The notes beneath the pieces were generated by a model that had not been told where the DNA came from, did no database searches, and was given only the letters and a program-made list of their open reading frames with translations. A program made the position numbers and the translations under genes. A stretch of DNA of 64,000 nucleotides, taken from Rebecca billardiae RCC1528. Its lineage: Eukaryota > Protista > Haptophyta. The stretch is taken from contig OZ251238.1 of assembly GCA_965240325.2 (NCBI GenBank), positions 1,488,001 to 1,552,000 of the forward strand, written 5' to 3'. Of the stretch, positions 44,842 to 53,911 are shown piece by piece (within the stretch, counting starts at the first letter, position 1; each line of letters begins with the position of its first letter).

Positions 44842-47800
44842 CTAACCTGACCGGTCGTCATCCGACCGCAGCCGCTTGCGCGACGCCGACGACGACTTGC
44901 TGCGCCGTTCCTTCGCCAGCTCACGGTGGCGCTGCGTGAGCCCGCACACGTCGCCGTGGCGGCCGTCGTTGCAGTCGCCCTCGTCGACGTAGCGCACGTT
45001 GAGACCCCTGATGTCCTCCGTCAGGTCGGGCGCAGCTCGCATCATCGCCACCATGCCCGCCATGTACGTCGCGCGCATCCCTTGCGCCACCGTGGGGTGG
45101 CCGCCCTGCACCTTGCGGCGCACCTGCCCAAAGTGGTGCTCGAGGCAATCAGTGCTCAGCCGGCGCTGCACGATGGTGGCGGTCGGGTGACGCGTGAGCG
45201 TGACGAGGCTGACGCCGACGATGCCCAGGATGGTCCATCGCATGTCCTCCCACGTCTCCTTCGCGAAGAAGTACGTCCCCGCGATCTCGGCCTCGGTCGC
45301 GCCGGCGCTCGCCAGGTCCTCGCGCCAGGTGGTGAAGTAGTCGAGGATCTCGAGCAGCTCCTTCACCGGTTTCAGGTTGTCCCTGTTGATGTTGCCGACG
45401 TGCTTCTTCGGGTTGCCGTGATCCACGCGGCCGTTGCAGAGGTCCATGAAGCGGTCGAGGTGCACGCACAGCTCCTTCAGCGCCCCCAGGCTCTCCGCGT
45501 CAGCTGGGTGCCGAGCCTGATACTCGCCGATCATCTCCACCGTTTTGGCCGAGAAGATCTGCACAGCGTAAGGCACGCGCTGCTTGGTGTACGCGTTCGG
45601 CTCGAGATGGTACTTGGAGAGGTGGTAGTAGATGGTCATCGCCGCATTGCCGAGCGTGTCCCGGCCCTCCAGCGTGTCCTTCACCTTCTTGATGAGGTCG
45701 AGCCCGAGCTCCGCCCACAGCTGCCTGTCCGTCTCCTCCGGGCCGTGGGGCTTGTGCAGCTTCCGCGCGCTCGCGAGCGCGTTGCGCAGCTTCTTGATGA
45801 GGTGGGGGAAGTCGGAGATGATGAAGATCGGCCTTTCCGTGCCGAAGACGGGGTGCGGCATGGCCACCTTGAAGTCGAGGTGCTTCTTGAGGAGCGCGTC
45901 CAGGCCGAGGTTGACGGCGAGATCCAGCTTGGCAATCACGTCGGCCACCGACAAGGTTGCCTGTGCGTGCATGAAGCCTCTGTTCTCTCCGGCACCGTCG
46001 CACACGACAGCGTCGACGTTGAGGCCGACGTAGTAGAGAGCGCGTATGACCTCATGCACGCGCGCGATGATGTCCGCCGGCGTCGATCTGCCCACCGGCC
46101 ACTGCGCCACGGGGAGCCGGATGCGCTGCTCGCCGAGTCCGTTGTAGTAGAAGACGAGCACTCTCTCCGCCACGTCCGCCTCCGACACGCCAGCTGTTGA
46201 AGGCCCGGTCTGCTGCTCGGCGAGCGCCGACTCGAACTGGCGAGCGACCACGTCGAGGTCGCGCGAGCCGGCCACAAACCCGTCGACGCGGTGCGTGTGC
46301 ACGTTGTACTTCACGCCGCGCTTGCAGTAGTACTCGTCGAAGCCGAGCGCGCCGTCCGTGTCGTGGTCGCCCTCGACCAGCTTGAAGGCAAGAGGCAGGT
46401 CCTTCAGGTGCGCTAACATGATGCCGTCGTCCACGGTGGAGACGTTGATGAAGCTCGAGAGAGCGCGCGCGCCCGGCATGAAGAAGAGCGTGGACGTGCG
46501 CATGTACGCCGACTGCCCCATGCGCGCCATCAGCTCCGCCATGAAGCGCATCGTCTCCGGGTGGTATCGGAACGAGCGCTTCGACTTGCCGTCTGCGCGC
46601 TTGGCCGCGTTCGTCAGCATGTCATCGAATATGTGGAACGCGACGCTGCCCTCCGGGAAGAGCTGGGCGAAGAGCATCTTGGCCTGCTTCGCACTGGCCT
46701 GCGCGGTAGCATCCCCGCCGGCTGCCGCGCCGCCACGCCCATCGCCGGTGGACGACGAGCCGGCGGCGCGGCCATGCTCGCGCCCTGCGCCGCCGTCGCG
46801 GCTCGGGCCCGCTCGCCCGCCACCACGCTCGCCGCCAGCGGACTCGTCGTCGCCCACATCGTCGCCGTTAAAGACAATGCCGAAGGTATCGGCGACGTCG
46901 AGCACAAACTGCTTCATGTCCTGGGCGCTCTTGTCATCCAGCTCCACGCCGTGCTCGGACATCACCTTGGCTGCACGAAGCCGCGCGTCGCGGAAGCCGT
47001 TCACGACCGGCAGCGCGAGCGAGGGAGACTCGGCGATGAGCGCCGCGGGGATGCCGTGACCGGGAAGGTGGTGAGGACGAGGCGGCGTGGCGGGTGGCGC
47101 GCCCTCGCCCGCGGCGTGCGCGCGTGCCGAGGGTAGAGCAGTCGCAGCTGCCGCGCCGATGGCGCTCGCCCCCGCCAGGCCCGCCGCGGCGACATCAGCA
47201 GCTGCCGCCGTTGGCGCCGGTGCGCTGCGCAGTGCCGCGCCCACGGAGCGCGCGCGCTCGTTGCGGGCCGACCACTGCGCGCGCAGCGCACGCTGCGCGC
47301 CCTGGCACGAGGCGCATGCGTGCTGCGCGTCGGGCATGGCGAGGCTGCAATTCGGGCTGCGGAAGTGGCCGTCCGTACACATGTAGGCGACCACGTCCGG
47401 CCGGAGCTGCGTCCCTTGCTCGTTCGCCGAGCGACCGTGCACGAGAACGGCACCGGTGGGGTTGGCCCCAAGCAGCAGCTGATGCGCTCGGCTCCCAACG
47501 CACGGGAGCGGCGGCTCGAGCTGCCAGCGCGCAAACGAGCCCAGGTCGCGCGACGATCTCAACTCCATGTACTTGTCGTAGCCGTCATCGTCAAGGCTGC
47601 GGACACCTCTGCACAGCGCCATGCCGTCTGCAGCCGCCCGTGTGAAGCAGGCGAGCGCCCGGCTCACGTCGTCATCGGTGCGCATGGGCATGCCGGACAG
47701 GCAGACGCCGTCGAGCGAGATGAAGCTCGTGAGCGCGTCCACGCCATCCACAGCCTCGCGCACGAAGAGGATCGAGTCGGAGAGGATCGAGTCGCGCAGC

Positions 47801-48705
47801 ACCGCCTCGCCGCCGCTAGACTTGAACGCCCGTAGGAAGTCGCCACCGGCTTCTGTCTGCAGCCCATCAGCCGCGCAGCGCTGCGCCGCCAGTCCGAGCA
47901 GAGACGACGGCTGGCGCTGCTCAGCCGCCGGCGCGGCCGCAGATGGAGGCGGTGCCTCCGGAGCAGGGGGCGGCGGGGCGGGAGGCGCGAGTTGGTGCCC
48001 GACGCCGAGCTTTCGTTCGAGAAGCGCATACGCGCTCACGAGCCCGCCGCCCGCGTCTCGCCGGTCATTCACGCGCAACGGCTTGTGTGCGAGGATGAGG
48101 CCGAGTGTTCTCGCCCGAGGCTCGAGCTCCGTGCCGTGCGCGCCGTCCGACGAATCGAGCGACACGCCCACCGTGGGCGCGACAGACCGCAGCACCTCGG
48201 CGAACTCGTCGCGTGCGAGCAATGCAGCGAGCGCGCGCTCCTCGACAGCCCCATCCTCGTAGAGGGGCGCCAACAACTGCTCGAGCTGGAAAACAGGAGC
48301 CGGTGGGCATAGATAGCTCGGCTGCCCGGCCGGCTTCACGTAGTACACCATCCGTCCGTCTACGACACCGGGGACATGCCGCGCTCGGTCTTTGATGATG
48401 TCGTGGGGCGAGCCGTTGCCCGTCAGGTGCTCCGCCAGCGCCTTTGCCATGTTGATATCCCCAACCCACCAGTTCGCCGCCAACCTGTAGTGCGCACGAA
48501 ACGAGGGCGGTTCGGGGGCGCCAAAACGGGTGAGATTCGTGTCCCTCAAGGTTCGAGCGGTGGGTAAGCACACTGCCCCGCTGGCTCCATACTTTAGGGA
48601 CACGAAATTACGCGCAGTATCTCTGTGTTGGGCAGTCGCGCGCCACGCGGGCAAGTTTGGGGCTCGACGCTCAGGCCCGGTCGCGGGCGCACCTGGAGAC
48701 ACCAT
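44842..48705 (-). CDS. P-element/THAP9-family DDE transposase (~1290 aa, intronless; first in-frame ATG at 48705)
   Basis: RYHPETMRF...AY...MPGARAL; GFDEYY..GVKY....VDGFV; VVCDGAGENR; SDFPHLIKKLRN (D-x2-H); KQRVPYAVQIFS; LSTDCLEHHFGQVR...GGHPT; upstream RSPNC-x8-CASC. Confidence 0.88.
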   Translation of the reverse strand: MVSPGAPATGPERRAPNLPAWRATAQHRDTARNFVSLKYGASGAVCLPTARTLRDTNLTRFGAPEPPSFRAHYRLAANWWVGDINMAKALAEHLTGNGSPHDIIKDRARHVPGVVDGRMVYYVKPAGQPSYLCPPAPVFQLEQLLAPLYEDGAVEERALAALLARDEFAEVLRSVAPTVGVSLDSSDGAHGTELEPRARTLGLILAHKPLRVNDRRDAGGGLVSAYALLERKLGVGHQLAPPAPPPPAPEAPPPSAAAPAAEQRQPSSLLGLAAQRCAADGLQTEAGGDFLRAFKSSGGEAVLRDSILSDSILFVREAVDGVDALTSFISLDGVCLSGMPMRTDDDVSRALACFTRAAADGMALCRGVRSLDDDGYDKYMELRSSRDLGSFARWQLEPPLPCVGSRAHQLLLGANPTGAVLVHGRSANEQGTQLRPDVVAYMCTDGHFRSPNCSLAMPDAQHACASCQGAQRALRAQWSARNERARSVGAALRSAPAPTAAAADVAAAGLAGASAIGAAAATALPSARAHAAGEGAPPATPPRPHHLPGHGIPAALIAESPSLALPVVNGFRDARLRAAKVMSEHGVELDDKSAQDMKQFVLDVADTFGIVFNGDDVGDDESAGGERGGGRAGPSRDGGAGREHGRAAGSSSTGDGRGGAAAGGDATAQASAKQAKMLFAQLFPEGSVAFHIFDDMLTNAAKRADGKSKRSFRYHPETMRFMAELMARMGQSAYMRTSTLFFMPGARALSSFINVSTVDDGIMLAHLKDLPLAFKLVEGDHDTDGALGFDEYYCKRGVKYNVHTHRVDGFVAGSRDLDVVARQFESALAEQQTGPSTAGVSEADVAERVLVFYYNGLGEQRIRLPVAQWPVGRSTPADIIARVHEVIRALYYVGLNVDAVVCDGAGENRGFMHAQATLSVADVIAKLDLAVNLGLDALLKKHLDFKVAMPHPVFGTERPIFIISDFPHLIKKLRNALASARKLHKPHGPEETDRQLWAELGLDLIKKVKDTLEGRDTLGNAAMTIYYHLSKYHLEPNAYTKQRVPYAVQIFSAKTVEMIGEYQARHPADAESLGALKELCVHLDRFMDLCNGRVDHGNPKKHVGNINRDNLKPVKELLEILDYFTTWREDLASAGATEAEIAGTYFFAKETWEDMRWTILGIVGVSLVTLTRHPTATIVQRRLSTDCLEHHFGQVRRKVQGGHPTVAQGMRATYMAGMVAMMRAAPDLTEDIRGLNVRYVDEGDCNDGRHGDVCGLTQRHRELAKERRSKSSSASRKRLRSDDDRSG

Positions 48706-48998
48706 CGCCGGCGCCGCTCGCGTCGTCGGTTTGGTCGGTGGAGTTTCTGCGTGGTCGCATGGCTTCAAGCCCCGGGCTGCACGTCGGGCGTGCACTGCAC
48801 GAGCCGAGAGTCAGCGCGGCTGCGACGAGGTGCAGGGCGAGGAGCAACCAGGGCATCTCCGCGCCTGAGGGCGTGACGAAGCTGAAGCCCGGTGTTCCGG
48901 AGCGAGCAGTCTGAAACCATATTAATCGGGAGAGCTTTCGGTTCTACCCCCTTCGCGCCAAACAGGTGCGGCCGGACTGCGCAGCATGCGTCTCCGCC

Positions 48999-51271
48999 TC
49001 ACGGCGCGGCGGCGCCGCCCTTGGGCACGCGGTTGCGCTCGAGGCGCGGGCGCAGCGCGGAGAGCGCGATGAGCATCGCCTCCTCCGTCCGGATCGTGCG
49101 CGAGCCCTGCGACGGGCACACGTTCAGGTACAGGTCGAAGAGCTCTGCGCCGCCGCGCGCCCAGGCGGCCGCGACGCGGCGGCGCGCGCGCGCATGCGAG
49201 CGTCGCGCGCGCGTGAGCGCCGTGCGCGCGCGGCGGCGGCGAGGGCGGCGCGCCGTGCGCGCTGCACGCGCGCACCTGCCGTGCGCTCGGGCGGCACGCC
49301 GAGGCTCGCGTCCTCGCGCACGACCGCCTCGAGCCCCTCGACGCCTGCGGCAGCCGCGGCCGCGCGCCCGGACTGGCGCGGTCAGCGGCGCACGACAGCA
49401 CGCGCGCGCGCGAGGGCGGCGCGCGCGCGAGGGCGCGGACGCGCGCACCGCCAAACACGACGAGGCAGTGCCGAAACCTGGGCAGCTTCCACTTCCGGTC
49501 GTCCAGCAGCCCGGACGCGCCGTTCTCCGACGTCCCAAGCACAAGGTCGTAACCGCCGCCGCGCGGCGCGGCGGCGGCTGCGCCGAACGGGCCCTCGGCC
49601 CACGCGCGCTCGAGCGAGGCCGCGACGCGCGTGCGGTACCCCCAGTACACGCCCTGCCGCCGTCCGTCCGCGCGCGCGGGCGCGCGCCATGCCGCGGGCG
49701 TGGAAATCAGAAACGCGCGAAAAAAGCCCAATGAAAATTCCAGAAAAACAAATGCATTCGTCCAAAAAACATGGGCGCAGAAAGGTCAGGCGAAGGTGGG
49801 CGCACCGCGCGCACGCGCGCGCGCCGCACCTGCGCCTCGCGCGGCTCGGAGGGGGCGACGACGCGCGCGTGCGTGCCCACCGCCGTGGGCATGCGCACCG
49901 TCACGCGCACGCCCGGCACCAGAGTCCGGTCCAGCCGGACCGGCGCGCGCAGCCCGACGTCGGCGGCGCTCGGCGCGTCGGCCGGCGAGGCCGCGGCCGC
50001 GGGGCGCAGCGTCACGCCCTCGCGGTACGGCAGCGAGCGGTCGTGCGCGCGCATGTGGTGCGGCATGTCGAGCGGCGCCATCAGGCCCGCCAGCCGCAGC
50101 TCGGGCGAGAGCGGGAACAGCGCCTGCGACCACCGCCGCCAGAGCCGTCCCCGCCAAACCCGTCACCGCCAAACCCGTCACCGCCAGAGCCGTAACCGCC
50201 AAACCCGTAACCGCCGCATTGGGGCGCAGGTCAGAAGGCGGGGGTTGCGCGCGCCGAGGGCCAGGGGGCGGTCGCAGGGTTGGGGCCCAGGGGGTGCGCA
50301 CGGGGTCGGCGGGTGGCGTGGCGCTCGGGGTCGGAGAGCAGCGCACGCCCCAAGGGTCGGCGGGGTTGGGGCGAGCGCGCGCGGCGCGGACCGCTGCCGA
50401 GCGCCGGCGGCGGGTCGGGCGTAGGGGGGCGGCGTGGGCGCGCGCACCTTGCGCAGATACTGCGGGCACTCCGCGTATTCGAGCAGCCGCGCGAGCTGCG
50501 CGCACGCCGCCGCGACCGCCGCCTGCGCGCCGTCGGCGGTCGGCGCCGCACCGCCGCCGCCGCCGTCGGCGCCGCGCCCTCGGGGCTCGACCGCGGCGGC
50601 GGAGGCGGCCGCGGGCGTCTCGAAGATGATCACCTGCGCACGCCACACGCGCGCGCGCGCACACCACCGCGGTCAGCAAGCACGCAACCGCCCGGGACAC
50701 CCGGCGCAGAGCATGCGCGGCGCATACGCGCGGCCCAAGCGCCGGGGCCCCGGACTCGGCGCTGAGCGCGCGCGGTGTTCTGTGCGGGTGCGGGTGGTGT
50801 GTGCCCAGGCCGCGGCGCGGCGCGGCGAAGCGCTGCGCGGCGCTGCGGATGGCGGCCCTGGCCCGGGCCTCCGTTGCCGCTGCGCTGCGCTGCGCTGCGC
50901 TGCGCTGCGCTGCGCACCTCGTCGACGTTGAAGATGGCGAGGGCGCGCGCGACCTGCGCGGCGAGGTGGGTGCGCAGCTCGCGCGTCTGCGCGTTCAGCA
51001 GGATCGAGCCGGGCAGCGCGACGGAGAGCGTCCACGGCCGGCCGGCGCGCGCGGCGCCGCCAGCGGCCGGCGGCGGCGGCGCGGCCGGCGGCGGCGCGGC
51101 GGCGGCCGGTGGCTGCGGCGCGGCGCGCGGCGCGGTGGCGCCGACGAGGTGCTCGGCGGCGGGCACCACGCGCGCCAGGTGCTCCGCCGCCGCCGCCGCC
51201 GCCGCCATGCGCTGCATCGGCCCGGGCTTCTTGCGCTTCTTGCCGCGCGCGCGCTCGTCATCGGCCGCCAT
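48999..51271 (-). CDS. SPOUT1: SPOUT-family methyltransferase C9orf114/SPOUT1 homolog, multi-exon
   Basis: TLSVALPGSIL.NAQT.EL, LLEYAECPQYLRK, PLDMPHH, YREGV, GVYWGY, GTSENG, NVCPSQGSRTIRTEEA. Confidence 0.9.
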
Positions 51272-51439
51272 CGTGCGGCCCGCGGCCGTCACTCGTCAGT
51301 GACGTCTGTGACGACGTGATTTTGTGATTGTCCGGGCCCGCCGCGCCTCGCCGGCATACACGAGTCGGCGTCCCCGCGGCGGACGGCCGGGCGCGGCGCG
51401 CTCCGCCCTCCCGCGCGCGCGGCGATCGGCGGCGGCGCC
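51272..51439. promoter_or_regulatory. Probable bidirectional promoter (SPOUT1 / MBOAT)
   Basis: 168 bp between divergent start codons; clustered TGACG/CGTCA motifs at 51287-51320. Confidence 0.45.
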
Positions 51440-53180
51440 ATGCGCTCGGACGAGTCGTACGCCGCCATCCTCGCGCTCTCCGTCGTGTGGGGCGCGCTCG
51501 CCGCGCGCGTGCGCGGCGCGCGCGCGCGCCGGCTCCTCGGTTTAGTTCCCGGAACTTTCCTGTGCGGGCTGTTCGGGCTGTGGCACGCGCCGCTGGGCTC
51601 GGCGGGGCTGTACGCGCTGCTCGCGCGCACGCCGCGCCGCACCGCCGGACTCGTCGCCTTCGCCTACGCCTTCAGCTGCCAGCTCGCGCTGCGGCTGCGG
51701 CTCGTGCCTGGCGCGCGCGCCGGGCTGGACGGGCTGGGCAACGGCCTCTACCTCGTGCTCACGCTGCGCCACGCGTCGGTGGGCGCGGAGATGGCGGACG
51801 CCGCCGCACCCGCCGATGCCGCCGCCGCCGCGCCGCCGCCGACGCGCGCGGCCGACGCGCCGCCGCAGCAAACGCAGCAGCAACCGCCGCACCCGCCGCC
51901 GCCCGCGGCCGTGCCTTCGAGCCTCTTCGAGTTCCTGAGCTACTCGCTCTCGTTCTACGGGCTGTTCACCGGGCCGGTGCTAACGTACGCGCAGCACGAG
52001 GCGGGGCTCGCGCGCGGCGCCGCCGGCGCCGCCGCGGGCCGCGGCGGCGCGGCGGCGGCGCGGCGCGCGGCGCTCGGCGCGGCCGGCCGCGCGTGCGCTT
52101 ACGGCGCGGCGTATCTCGCGCTCCGAGATCGAACGCCGTTCGTCGGGTACGTGGGCACGGCGGCGTTCGCCGCCGCGTGGCCGCGGCCCGCGGCGCGGCT
52201 GGCCTACTGCTTCGTCGCCGTCGCGCAGTACCGCTTCAGATTCTATCTCGCGTGGGCGATCACGGAGGCGGCGGGGCGGCTCGCGTTCGGGCCGCCGACG
52301 CCGAGATTGCAATCTCGCCCGCCGCTGTCAACGCCGCCGCTCGCGGCAGGGAGCAGCGCCGGCGTCTCTGCGGCGGAGGCGGGGCTGGACGCGTCCATCG
52401 CCAACGTGCACGTCCCCACCATCGAGCTGGCCACGCGCGCGCGCGCGCGCGTCCGCGCGTGGAACTCAAGTGCAACCGCCGTGCTCTACTCGGTCGTGTA
52501 TAGGCGGTTACGCTTACGGTTACGGTGGTGGGCAGATGGCGGCGGCGGGGCGGACGGGCGCGCCCCGCCGAGCGCGCACCGCCGCCCGCGCGGCGGCGGC
52601 GGCGGCGGCGGCGGCGCGGAGCGGGCGCTTCGAGTCCTGGCGACTTTTCTCGTCTCGGCGGTCTGGCACGACACCGCGCCAATTACGCCCAAATATTATT
52701 TGTATTTCCTGCACCTGCCGCTGCTCGCGGCGGCGTCGGACGTGATGGGCGAGCGCGTGTACGCGCGGCTGCCGCGCGCCGCGGCGCCGCTCGTGTGGGC
52801 GTACGAGGTGCGCCGCAGCCGCGCGCGCCGCCCTGTGTCGCGCGCGGCGCCGCGACCGCGCGCGCGCGCACACCCTTGCCGCGCCGCCCGCCCGCCGCCG
52901 CCGCCGCCGTTCTGACCAAACGCGCCCGGCCCCCTGCACGCGGCACGCCACGCGCGCGCGCGCGCGGCGGCGGCGGCAGGTGAGCGCGTTCAACTACTTC
53001 TCCTCCGCCTTCGTCGCGCCCTCGAGCGCGCAGCTCCTCGCCGTGTGGCGCGCGCACTACTGGCTGGGCCACGCCCACCTGCTGCTCGCAGCGGCTGTGG
53101 AGGCGGGCGCGCGCGCCGCGGACGCGGCGGCGCGGCGCAGCGGGGCCAGCGCGGCGGCCCGCCGGCCCAAGGTGGCGTGA
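51440..53180 (+). CDS. MBOAT-family lysophospholipid acyltransferase; intron approx. 52808-52979
   Basis: PSSLFEFLSY..F..LFTGP..Y, RFRFYLAW, RAWN, TFLVSAVWH (catalytic His), YYLYF; multiple TM segments. Confidence 0.85.
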
Positions 53181-53911
53181 ATGGGGCGGAATCGATGCTC
53201 GCTCGTCGGGCGGCGGCCGTCCGTGAGCGCAGGCTCCGGGACAGGCGGCCGCCACGCGGCGCGACGCGAGTCTGAGTCATCGCGCGCGCGCTGCGCTGCA
53301 TCAGCATCGCGTCATGCGCATGTCGATCATCACCGGACAGTTGTGACACTGATGACAGTCGACAGTCATCGTCATCGGGCGTCACGCGCGGCGCGGACTA
53401 CTGCTGACGACCGCGTATAGCGTCCGCAGGCGGGCGCCACGTGCCGGGCGGCGGTTCTAGCTATAGCGACTGATATATATATATGCTGCACTATACGGCT
53501 ACGCACTTAGCTGATTCAGTGCGGCGGCGGTGGCATAGCAGATCGCGCGCGTCGTCGATCGTCGCGGCGAGTAGGGCGCAACGACTGCTTCGATATCGCG
53601 ACGACGACGATGATGGATGCATGCAGGATGCGCGGACGACGAACCGCAGCGCCACCCGTCGCGGCTGCCCGCGCCCCGCTCGCGGGCCGGGGCGCGCGCT
53701 CGTCGATGATCGCGGACGAGGCACTGGCAGCGGCGCTGCTCGCATCCTCCGCAGTTCCGCGGCCGTCCCGCTGCGGCACTGCTGGCCTGCTGGGCAGCTG
53801 GCGCGCGCCGCACGGCCAAGCTGTGTCCATCTATCTGTACACTGTCAGCACGCGCGCAGCCGGCAGCCGGGTGCCCAGGGCGACTGCCCGTGGCGCCGGC
53901 GGTGATCGGAG

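Larger units (their letters stand above)
34599..48952. mobile_element. P-superfamily-like DNA transposon with 21-bp TIRs and two convergent ORFs; contains nested copia-2
   Basis: AGGGGGTAGAACCGAAAGCTC at 34599-34619 and its exact reverse complement at 48932-48952 enclose the transposase and ORF2. No TSD is visible. Confidence 0.85.
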
